Assembly: GCA_030704615.1 (NCBI GenBank)
Contig: CM060731.1
Span: 30,504,001 to 30,568,000 of the forward strand
Direction: 5' to 3'
DNA: 64,000 nucleotides
Origin: Takakia lepidozioides
Taxonomy: Eukaryota > Plantae > Bryophyta
Under the pieces are notes generated by a model. The model was given only the letters and a program-made list of their open reading frames with translations. It was not told where the DNA came from and did not search any database. Positions 51,008 to 61,880 of the stretch are shown one piece after another (positions within the stretch are counted from its first letter, which is position 1; every line of letters starts with the position of its first letter). The position numbers and the translations under genes were made by a program.

Positions 51008-52243
51008 CTCTTTTAAGCTCCCGACGAGATAAATTCAAGGTCAGATGGTGGGTTCAACTGCAACATATGTCCAACACCAGATATCCTAAGTTAATCGACT
51101 CTATATCTTGGAAACAGGACCGCCCACCGACCTGTCAAACAGGCTAAGTCCTGGCAGAAGATAGTAGAAGAGATTCTCAAGGACATGGACCTGGAACCGC
51201 AAGTCTTCACCCTGCTGGATAAATCTGACTTAGAGGCTGTAGTGTCCAACCATGTCTGTGGGCAACCTGAAGACATTATTCATTTTCTGATATATTGTCC
51301 GGGGTTCTCTCACCAAAGAGACGCTCTCTTCAAATCTATCAAGGGAATTGTGCATGTACCTCTGTTTACTAACTTTGAAAAAGTCGAGGCTGAGCCAAAA
51401 GCCCAACCCCTTTTGAGGCCTAGTTTTTGGGCAACTCACACACAACAGATTGATGCTTGTGTGAAGGGAGTTGTAGAGGATATATGGAAAACCCGGATTA
51501 ATTCTATATGTGAAGGTAAGTCTTACTACCAACGTCAGCCCTTGACAGAGGTAGGATCTGTCTCTTTTGTTTCCCCAAGAGAGGGGGCAACAAAGAAAAA
51601 AAAAATGTTGGGGGGGGGGGAGTGACTGAGCAGCAGCAGCTACTAAGTCACTCCCCCCCCCCCCCACCTTCTTTTCTTTTCTTTGTTGCCCCTTGATGTC
51701 TCCCTCTCACTCCCTCTCTCTGTCCCTCTCTGTCCCTCTGTCCCTCTCCCTCTGTCCCTCTCCCTCTGTCTCCCTCTCTTCTGTGCTGCTCTCTTTTAAG
51801 CTCCCGACGAGATAAATTCAAGATCAGATGGTGGGTTCAGCTGCAACATATGTCCAACACCAGATATCCTAAGTTAATCGACTCTATATCTTGGAAATAG
51901 GACCGCCCTGTCAAACACGGTAAGCCCTGGGAGAAGAGAGTAGAAGAGATTCTCAAGGATCTGAATCTGGACCCGCAAGTCTTGACCTTGCTGGATAAAC
52001 CTGACTTAGAGAGTGTAGTGTCCAAAACCATGACTGTTACCAGAAAATTGTCCGATGAAAATGAAGTTAAGAAGAAAACTTCCCTGAACCTGTTTCCAAT
52101 CTATGACATGGGGGAGGACATCATGGATGCGCTCAAGGGTCTATCCCACTCTTGGCACCAGACCTAAATTTAAACTCGGGGCAGGAAAACTACCTTTGAA
52201 CAGTAAACAGAAGCAGAGAGGAAAGGGAGAGTGCGATTTCCCT
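51008..52243 (+). mobile_element. Two tandem LINE 3' fragments separated by a G/C hairpin and CT-rich tract
   Basis: Copies start at CTCTTTTAAGCTCCCGACGAGAT (~51008 and ~51790) and share the KFKL.AG.LPLN / CCHC region with the other copies. Hairpin at 51581-51692. Confidence 0.8.
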
Positions 52244-52250
52244 GACGTAC

Positions 52251-52379
52251 CTCTGCTGCTGCGGCTGGTGCTGGTGCTGGTGCTTGAAGCAAGCTGGCGC
52301 GGCGAGCTGGCGCGGTGCTGTCGCGGCTGCCAGCGGCGCAGGTCCCCGCCGCTGCAGGGCGTCTCTCCCTGCTCACCAT
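52251..52379 (-). pseudogene. Probable first coding exon of the TnpA-like gene
   Basis: ATG...MVSRERRPAAA...APAPAPAAAAE followed by donor GAG|GTACGT. It is separated from the downstream exons by ~18 kb of inserted repeats. Confidence 0.4.
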
Positions 52380-52787
52380 GGCTCTCTCTCTCTTCAGCTC
52401 ATTTAGGTCGCGCCTCTACGCGGCATTCCTACCACACAGGGGAGAGAGACATCAGCCCATGCTTAGGGCAAGAAAGCAAGAGAGAAAGTGAGGGAGGAGG
52501 CGGTGCTTACCTTGGGCGTTGGAGCGGCGTTGGGGCAAACTCTTTGGGGCTTTGCAACCACCTCGGGCTCAGCAGCAGGTGCGTTTCTCCTCCACCCTAA
52601 ACCCCACTCTCTGAACTACCTCTCTCCAAAAGAACAAACGAAAACGGGAGGGGAAAGAGATGCTTCAAGCACTTAGGGAAAAAAAAAAAAAACGGCGCCT
52701 ACGTGCGACGCCCGGCCGTCACACGCCTGCGCCCCGCCCTTGTTTTGAAATGTAAAAATGATATTTGTGACGGCCGGCCGTCGTTAC

Positions 52788-53034
52788 TTGCGACCCCCGG
52801 CCCCATAAATAAATAAAAACATGTTGCCCCCCGCGACGGCTTGCCGACGCGGGGTGCGACCCCCAGGTAAAAAATTGAAAAAACTCGTCGTCAAATGCAA
52901 CGCGAGGGTGTCGCAGGAGGCGACGGCCGGCATTTCTGGGTTTGGGTTTAGGGCCTTTTGGGTTTCTTAGTTTTTATTTTTTATTATTATTTTTCATATG
53001 GTACTGGGTTAGGGTGTTTGCTTTTCTTTATGGT
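52788..53034. repeat. Internal inverted repeat arm pairing with 60523-60703
   Basis: GGGTTTAGGGCCTTTTGGG..CTTAGTTT...TTTCATATGGTACTG..GTAGGGTGTTTG.TTTTCTTTATGGT is the reverse complement of 60523-60654. The looser CG-rich match extends outward. Confidence 0.88.
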
Positions 53035-54380
53035 GCTGGGTTTTGGATTGGCGGTTTTGGTTGCGGGTCTTGGGGTTAAAAGGATAAACGGTGTAATTAG
53101 GATTCACATACCCAAAATGTGGTTCAATCTGATAATCGCAAAGCGCTGGGTCTCAACAAATTTTTCCATGGTGTGGGCATCCTGAAGATAGAACGAGAGG
53201 AAGGATTTATTGTCTTGGGCTCTAGCACCATAGGGATGCTTCGCCTTTGGTTATCAATTTTGAAAGCCCCGGGGCTGAGGCATAGGGTTTTTTTGCCAAC
53301 GGTTTTTGAGAAATGAAAGTGTTGGTAGTGTGTGTTAATTAGGATGCGATGGTGAGGAAACATCGACCCGTCTCCTCGAGGATGGGGAGGTAGTACCACA
53401 TATCGATTGTGGCCCTAGAACGACCGTTTTTCGTGGTGAGGAGCCACCCATTGCATCTGATCCAATACATGTTGCCAGGCACAATCGTAGAAGGGTCTGG
53501 GGCCAAATTTCAGGTGATGCGGAGGATGTTGACACTCCGGGATTGAGTCGGGCGCGCCGCGGGTTGCCCCCTCGCGGGCCACCCCGTCCAACCCCGTCCA
53601 CCTTTGACCCCCCGACAGGATTGAGTGTTGGTACACTAAGTGTTGGGAACGAATACCGCCGGCCGGCACCAGACCACCGAGGCGACGACTGCATGTTGTC
53701 GAAAAACATTACAAGAAGAACAGGATTGCGGATGCGGCAAAGGTGAGTGTCTTTTCCACCCCTCTCATTAACATTCATTTAAGGTACATTTAGGTTTATC
53801 TAATAATATAGTATGATTGGTAAACATACATGAATCAAAATTACGACATAAGTATTGATGCGTCGTTCACTACGCACATTGTAGCCACGACTTGATGCCC
53901 AAGCTCGCAATCACATTGCATAGGAGGCATTTCGCGCCGGTCTACTTGCAGAATTTGTGCCAAAGCATGTGCCCGATGTGACTAGTTGGTTCCCCCAACA
54001 ACACGTAGATGAGATTCGTAGGGTCGAGGGGTATCGTAGGTGTCGTAGGCGTTATGGCCGGCAACGAGCAGGCCCACCCCCCCTTCCAGTTTCCTCAGGC
54101 GGTCCCTCTGATTGTGGCCTCCCCCCCCCCCCCGTCTGTTTCTTTGCCTGATCCACCTCCGGTAGTACCTGATCCGGACGTTGTACCCCCGGCTGCCTCC
54201 GACATTACATCCTCAACCACCTCCACTTTCATCTCCTCCACCAGCAGTACTACCTCCACCTCCACCTCCACGTGCATGTGCCCCCTGAACCCCTAGGAGG
54301 GGTCGGCTTCGCCCTAGGTCTCCTCCCCTTCGGCTTGGGCGGCCTGAGCCAGATCCTCGCCCCCGATGAGAAGCGCATAA

Positions 54381-55043
54381 GACTATATTACTGAGGACCG
54401 TCCAGCCTCGTTGTTGGGGGAATCATCTCGACCCTCCCACCCCCATCCGAGAAAATGTGGAGTTCGAGTATTGGGGGAGACGGTATGTTGTGAGAGCCGC
54501 TACAGACCTGCTATGGGTCGGGGTTTATTCACAGTCAATGATATTGTGGTTCATCCTCGGAGAAACAACATGATGGACTTGTTTCCCTACTACGGTCCAT
54601 ACTACACCTCCGCGGAGTTCCGTATATTACGCCTCGAAGCCCCAAACATCCGACCATACATTTTGTGTGTCAACGGACAAGATGTACGTAGACGAGGGTT
54701 CTCTCCCATTGAGATCAGATTTTGTGATGGTGACCCCGACATCTTCGGCAATGTTGCTGGGCTGGTCAATAGTTCTTTTGGTCATCCTAGGAGAACCAAT
54801 GTAATATGGGACAAGCGAAGCGATGGACATAAGAGCTTTTGTGGTCATACGTCAGTATACAGTGAGGGGATGCACATGTTTGTGATGACATGTGCTAGTA
54901 GGACTATTAGGGCTGGCAGTGAACTATTTGCATCATACGAGTTCTCCCGGGATGATTGGGACTTTCGATTACAGCGTGAGTGGGATGTGTATGATAGAAA
55001 TAGGGTTCATTTGAGACAGGGATCGCGTAAAGGGACATTGTAG
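54381..55043 (+). CDS. SET-domain (putative protein-lysine methyltransferase) reading frame inside the CACTA element; possibly the 3' part of a decayed gene
   Basis: SET motifs in order: MGRGLFT (GxG), PYYGPYY (YxG), GNVAGLVNSS (RFINHS-like) and ASRTIRAGSELFASY (ELxxxY). The frame is open from 54381 to 55043, with an in-frame TAA at 54378 and a Pro-rich degenerate region upstream. Confidence 0.8.
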   Translation, partial: DYITEDRPASLLGESSRPSHPHPRKCGVRVLGETVCCESRYRPAMGRGLFTVNDIVVHPRRNNMMDLFPYYGPYYTSAEFRILRLEAPNIRPYILCVNGQDVRRRGFSPIEIRFCDGDPDIFGNVAGLVNSSFGHPRRTNVIWDKRSDGHKSFCGHTSVYSEGMHMFVMTCASRTIRAGSELFASYEFSRDDWDFRLQREWDVYDRNRVHLRQGSRKGTL

Positions 55044-56099
55044 ATATTCTCATGATGTACTTTGTATACATCCGATTAATCGATTGATGTAAATTTTTTT
55101 CTTGTTGCTCGTGTGTGTTGCAACTTTGCATATGTGATCTAAACATACTTATGCACATGTGGACCAAATATGAGCTTGAAACAAGTTGATTCAATGGGTC
55201 ATTCTAGTGTTGAACACAACTACGTGTCATAAAGACGGAAAATTGCGTTTCGCCTGCAGATGATTTTTTTTTTAATTCCATTTTCAAGCCATATGCTTAA
55301 TGATAGCATATGCAATGTGCGTGCAATATTTGGGAGTAAACAAAAGTCATTTGGACCCATAACCAGATTTTGTTCTCTCATTTGCACTCCAAAGTTGAGT
55401 TATCTTCAACTTCATACACTCTTTATGAAGAGTTGTGCAAAAGTGACCCTAGAAACACACTTATTTTTTTTCCATTTTCTTTTGGTCCAATGTTTTGCAT
55501 GGATGTAGTGGTGCAAAGCCCGATGTCACAAAACAAAATAGAGCTAAGAATAAAATCATTACGCCCCTCAAAACCGCAATCATATATTTTTTAAATGCAA
55601 ATATTTATTTTAAATTCATTTAAATTCGATTTAATTCAAAATTGGTGCAAGGGTGAGTGCGTCGTTGGGGAGGCAAATGTTTTTTTTTTTTTTTTTTTTC
55701 AAATGTTTTTTTGGTCTGCTGGATCTTTGTTAAGGTATTGCGTACATATTTAAGCACATGTAGGAAAAAATGAAGCTTGAGCCACATCTGTTTGTTGGGT
55801 GCAATGGCATGAGAGGATTTTCTTTCACATTAATAAACAAAAATTGGTTGATAGGGTGAATGCGTCATTGGGGGGGCAAATGATTTTGTTTGGGTTTGAA
55901 ACTTTGCATGCGTGTACGTTGCGCACATACATGTAATTATTGAATGACATATTGATGCACACACACATTGAAGGTTGTTGTTTGCATTTCGCTTATAATA
56001 AAGTGTATGGTTGCAAGGACACATTATAATATATGTTCCTATGTTCATTTGTTCGTATTAGGACTTTGTCCATCTCTTCCCGGTCCTTTCTCTTGGCAC

Positions 56100-59000
56100 C
56101 CCATCCAAAACAACCCAAGTACATCAGGCGGGAGCCGTGGGTGAGACGCCGCCCCCACGATGATGACGATGACAGTGACAGTGACAGTGACAGTGACAAC
56201 AACAATGAGCATGGAATTAACCAGGAGGATGTGCAAGCCATGGATGATCTCTTAATGCATCATGTGGGCGCTGATGCATCCCATGAAGAGGGAACCCGGC
56301 CAATCGATGATCCTGACATGGCCCCCTCAAATGACATGTAGAGGGAGGCGAGAACTCCTTTGTACGAAAGGGCGAAAGAGTCGACTTTCAACAATCTTAC
56401 TTTTGTTCAATCTTCAAATTCGATTTGGGATAAGTAATGTTGGGATGTCTGCCATAATGCGAACTATTGTAGACTATATCCTTGCTCCACACTTGAAACC
56501 CAAGATGCCATGGTCGTGGAAAGAGGCGCGCGAACTCTTGGACTCTGTGGGGATGGGTTATAATATTTTTCATGCATGTCCATGTGATAAAACCCTATAC
56601 TACGGAGAGGATTCACATCTCACCAAGTGCCCAAAATGTAAGAAAGACCGATATCGGGATGATGTTCAAGGGAAAAAAGTACCACGCAAGGTATAAGCGT
56701 AATTCGGAGATTACTTTTTTTAATCTTCTCAATGTATGTAAAGTGTATTCCACAAAGTTTAGGTTTAGAGAGTAGTACTCATGCAAGATCTAATTGTGGT
56801 TTTGGAAGGAATGAGTGAGGAGTGGAAGGAGCGACGTTCGGTTTTGACCATTCATACCCAAATGAGGGAGATGCTGCATAAAGGGAAAAACATAAGGGTG
56901 TTGTATTATGTGTGCTAATGGGATGATTACATGTGGGGGGCGTGGGGTATTTCATCCTAGAAAATGCATTACTTTCCGATCATCCCGTGATTGAGGGCAC
57001 AGTACCGAAGCCCCGAATTGGCCAGACTCATGAGATGACACGCCTCGCATCGGAGCCCCCCGGGAAAGGTGTGCAGGCCACAAAATTCACAAGCATGGAG
57101 GCATATTGAAGAGATGTGGCTTTTTCTCTTGGAGGACCTACGACATGTCCACCTCGGCTTCTCCTCGGATGGGGTCAACCCATTCTCTGTCCAGTCATGT
57201 AGTCATTCCACTTGGCCGGTGACCATGGTGAATTACAACATCCCTCCGTATCTTTCAATTAAAAAATACCATATCATGTTGGCTGCCATTGTGCCAGGTG
57301 AGTGTACTCATTTCATGTTTATTATTGCCTTAGACTTTATATTAAACTTCTGATCTCTGACGCAATTCGGATGCAAGATTGATGAGTGACATAATCATGA
57401 AGTAAGACATATAATTCATTTTATAGTATAATTTGCATATTGGTGGAGCATTGAAACAATGATGTGAATGTCTCATAGGGAAAAAACAAGTGGCAAACAT
57501 GGACACGTACTTGCGACCTCTTGTTGATGAACTTAAGGAGCTATGGAGGGGGGTCTCGGCATTGGATGCTTCACTTGACCCTATGGCCGGACAATCTTTT
57601 CAGATGAGAGGCATCTTGCTTTGGACAATGCATGATTATCCAGGTATATTATGTTCCCCATGAACAACCCGCGTACATTCACTTGTCAATGTCGGATAAA
57701 ATTGATGAGGATTGGGATTGATTGAAGTAGCGGCGACAGTCTTGTGCACCGTAGTGGGGTAGATGACATTATGGGCCATGTACATGACAACTCTTTGTTT
57801 TTGCTAATGTGGCGGGATGTGTAGTACATGACTAACTGTTTGCTCGGGGCTAAGCACCAAAGGGTACCATGCATGCTTGCATTGTGGCGATGATCTTGAT
57901 GCACATAGCTCCCGCCATCTTCACAAGATGGTATATCCCAATTACCGCAAATTTCTTCCTATGAGCCATCGATGGAGAAGAAGAGAGAAACACTTGTTTG
58001 ATGGAAAAGAGGAAGTACGTCCCCCCCCTATGACACGGTCCAGGCAGTTTTGGGAGGACCGATGGAAGGAGGCCCATGCGGGCACGGACGGTGAAATGGA
58101 CGTGCTCGGCATGAAACGACTTTCAATCTTCTACGAGTTGCCATATTGGGCGGTACATATTTCACAAAAACACCGTCAATATCCCTATGCATGCATGTGA
58201 TATTGCACATTTGGTATGCGGTGCATTGTCACTTTCACGTAAATTTTTTTGTGTAAGTCTTTGTGGGTGAAGATTTATGTAGGACCTGAAGATTCGCCAT
58301 CTTCTAGATCCCATGCATATTGAGAAGAATGTCTGCTCGTCCTTTTTTCGGGTTCTTCATGGCACGCCGGCAAAGAAAGGAGTGGCTGCAAAAGGAGATT
58401 CTCTCGGTGTTAGAAAAGAGCTTGAAGAGCAGGGTCGCATGCGCCATCTATGGGCTGAACAAAATGGTGTGGACCCAAAGGGTGTTGTACGGTGGAAATA
58501 TAGGCGCGCACCTTAGCAATGGACAAAGGAGGAATACAAGAAAGTGATAGCCACCATAAGTGTTGTCCGAACACCTACTGGTTATGGGTCATCCCAAAGA
58601 TGTCTTGCAATAGATTGTGGTAGTCATGAGACTTCAAACCCCGTCTTCTTCGCTGAACTTTGTACGGTTCTTATCAGCCTCTATGGCCCTCATCAAGAGG
58701 TTATTTTTTCCTCTATGTAATTCTCGGATGTGGGACATTGACTCCCGAGGTTCGTGAGACAATCTATAGATTGGGAGGCTTGTTCCGGTGGATTTGCTCC
58801 AAAGAGTTGGAAGAAGCAAATTTTCCACTCATAAAGAAGGAGGCGGCGGAGGTAATGTGTACGTTGGAGATGCACCTTCCTCCCTCTTTCTTTGACATCC
58901 AAGTGCACTTAGTGGAAGAGGCTTCGATTGCCGGCCCCGTTCATTCTCGGTGGATGTACTTCCTTGAGCATATATGAAGACTTTGAAAGGATTTGTAAAA

Positions 59001-60284
59001 CAAATGGCGCACCCGGAGGGTAGCATGGCGGAGGGGTTCACGTTGCAAGAAGCTATGTTCTATTGCATGGAATACATGGCAAGGGTGGATAAGGAAGCCC
59101 CTCGGATGTGGAAGGAAGAGGAGGATGCACGAACCAAAGACATCGTTTTGCCCAAAAAATCGAAGAGGATAAAATTGTCGACCTTGGTGATTGAGCAAGC
59201 GCATGACTTCATACTGAAGAACACCCCATTCATACATGAGTGGGATGCAAGATACAATAATCTTGTTCAGCAACGAGAGGAGGAGACGGTTGCATGGAGG
59301 CGGAACCATCCAAGGCCGGTTACTAGACGCCCACGATGAGGAGCGGGCCGCCGAAATGTTCATTCATAAAATTTGCCCATGGAATTGCAGCCTCTAAGTT
59401 CATTCCAACAGTGGCTTTGGACTTTAGTTTATGACGCCGTTGCTCAAGAAAAGGTGGTTTCAGATTTGGTGCAAGACATTGCAAGGGGCCCCTCTCAATT
59501 CGCGACCTCATACACGGCAGTTTGGGTTCACGGTCATCATTTCCGCATTCGTGCTCTTGACATGAAGTGCAAAACAACCTTTGATTCTGGCTTGTGTGCC
59601 ACATATTGACAAGACTCCGTGTGGGGCAAGGAAGATACACGACCTGCTATGAACAAACTTGAGTACATTGGAGAGCTTGAGAGCATACTCCAACTTCAGT
59701 ATACAAGGTACCGGCCTCTTCTTTTCAAGGGAAGGTGGTTCCAGCCACATCTTGTGGGGCCCTTCGCAATACTGGTGCAAGATGATTGTGGTTTCATGCG
59801 CGTCAATGCAGATAGGCTCAACCCTACTCATCGTCCCTCCGATGAGCCTTTTTCATGGCCTTCAGACATAGAGCAAGTTTTCTTCTCCGATGACAAAATA
59901 AGAGGGGAGAATTGGAAGGTGGTTGTGCATGCTCAGCCAAGAGGAAGACGTATCTATCATGGTCTCGGATCTCCATGGGGTGAGACAATTGCGGTGGACG
60001 GAGAGACTGGTCATAATGATGCTGATGATGGAGGTTGGGTAGAGGGGGTAGAAGAGGATGATGACGCCCCGGACAATGCATCCCGGACCCTATATGATGA
60101 AGCTCTAGAAGATACGGATGTTGGAGAAGGAGACGAAGACATGGCCATTGACAACGAGGTGAAGGATGATTTGGAGGTGCCTTTTGAGGGCCGGGCCATT
60201 TATGACGATGACTCCGATGACCAAGAAGACTTGCAACTTGATGAGGATGAAGAAGCTCCAGATGATGATGTTCAAGTTGATTAA
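56100..60284 (+). pseudogene. CACTA TnpD transposase (Transposase_21 / DUF4218 / DUF4216 architecture), intron-containing, with stops
   Basis: FHACPCDKTLY...CPKC...RY, LGFSSDGVNPF...STWPV...NYNIPP, YLRPLVDELKELW, LLWTMHDYPG, HLLDPMHIEKNV, PPSFFDIQVHL, GPVHSRWMY, PEGSMAEG, DEPF...QVFF. Several in-frame TGA/TAG codons and frameshifts. Confidence 0.93.
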
Positions 60285-61221
60285 ATCAAAGCTACATAAC
60301 AATTCTCGCACCGAACTGGACCCATCCCTTCGATTGATTGTACATGTACATGCATATCGTAGTTTATTTCTATGATTGATCAAATATGACTGTGGCTGGT
60401 AGTCTTTCAAGAAAGAAGGCAGATGCAATGAATATATTGGAGCAACACATACAGATGTGGTATCAAGAGAATTATCAAAATGAATGTCACAATCTACAAG
60501 AAGGTCCACAACAACAAGCTAAACCATAAAGAAAAACAAACACCCTACCTCAGTACCATATGAAAAAAAAAAAAAAAAAACAAACTAAGAACCCCCAAAG
60601 GCCCTAAACCTAAACCTAGAAAGCCCTGCTGTCGCTGCCTACGACCCCCACGCGTCGCAACTTGCGACGCAGTTTTTAGGATTTATGAGGCCGGGGGTCG
60701 CAATCTGCCTGCGACCTGTTTTTTTGTTTTAAAAGAATTGATTTATGAGGCGGGGGGTCGCGAACGGCGACGGCAAGCCGTCGCAAACTGTGACCTGTTT
60801 TTTTGTTTTGCAAGAATAGAGCAGCCGGGCAGTCTGCGATGCCCGGCCGTCGCAGGGGCCTTTTGCCCTTCATGCCACCATGCGACGGCCTAGCGTCGCA
60901 AGAAAGGGCTGCGATGAAAGAAAGGGCAAGAAAAGGTTTTTTTTTTTTCGGCGTGCGACGACCGGCCGATGCCAGAAAAGGCTGCCTTCTGCCCTTCGCT
61001 GGGGGGCGACGCTTGGGCGTCGCACGGAAGGGCTGCCTTTTGCCCTTCATCCGCCCGTGCGACGGCCAGGCGTCGCCGCCAGGTGGCGACCCGTGGGGTT
61101 TGGTTGCGACGGCTCGACGTCGCAAACACGTTCCGTGGGGTTGGCGTCGCTCGCTCGGCGCCGCGTGGGGCGTGGGGGCGCGGCTGGCGTCGCAAACCCC
61201 CCCCCATTTGCTGTAGTGTCT

Positions 61222-61880
61222 ATTGCTGATAGAGGCATATAGCCCTTGGCAATCATCAAGACAAGATCTTCAATGAAACGCTTCTGGGTAGGGTTATATT
61301 TCTTGTATGGTGTGGCAGATCCAAAGAAATTGGTTATGGCAGAAGGAGTAGTGGACTGTCTCTTCTTACATTTTTGCTTCTTGTTTGGATCTCTATCCTC
61401 CAAGGCTTTCTTGTGGGACTTGTACTTGGCCAGATCGTGAGCATGTTCATTACTTACATGTTTCTTCATGGCAGTAATGCCATGTTCAGGATTGTAGGTT
61501 ACAAATCTTTTACGAGATCTGATGGAGCTGTGAGAGCTCCCTTCATGGGACTCTGAATGGCACATTACACACCTCATCAGCTGGGTAGCCTGGACATCTA
61601 CAACACTTGCAACATCATTCAAAACAAATAACGCCCATGCCTCAGATCCTCTATGGTAAGAAACCCAAAATTTCTGATTCTCTAAGAGCACCATGAGGCG
61701 TTGCCTCCACAAAGCATCTTCTTAAGCAATTCTGACCTCCTCAGCATCCTCAACATCCTCAGCAGTTATTTGTAGGACCTCCCTCAGAGGTGACACCTTC
61801 ATCTACAATGGCATCAGTGAGTGACAAAATTTCAGTATCCTCCCTTGGAAAATCACAATCTTCCAAGCCCTCCATTGTTA
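61222..61880 (-). pseudogene. hAT transposase N-terminal part (BED-type zinc finger)
   Basis: MRCVMCH...MKKHVSNEH...FIEDLVLMIAKGYMPLSAI. Removing the CACTA and one TSD rejoins it in frame to ENPWLRRLVM at 31056. Confidence 0.88.

Larger units (their letters stand above)
31057..61218. mobile_element. Giant (30.2 kb) CACTA/En-Spm element with nested insertions
   Basis: CACTACAGGAAAAGGGGGG at 31057 and CCCCCATTTGCTGTAGTG ending 61218. TSD TCT (31054-31056, 61219-61221). CpG-rich subterminal repeats at both ends; the flanking hAT ORF rejoins in frame. Confidence 0.95.
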
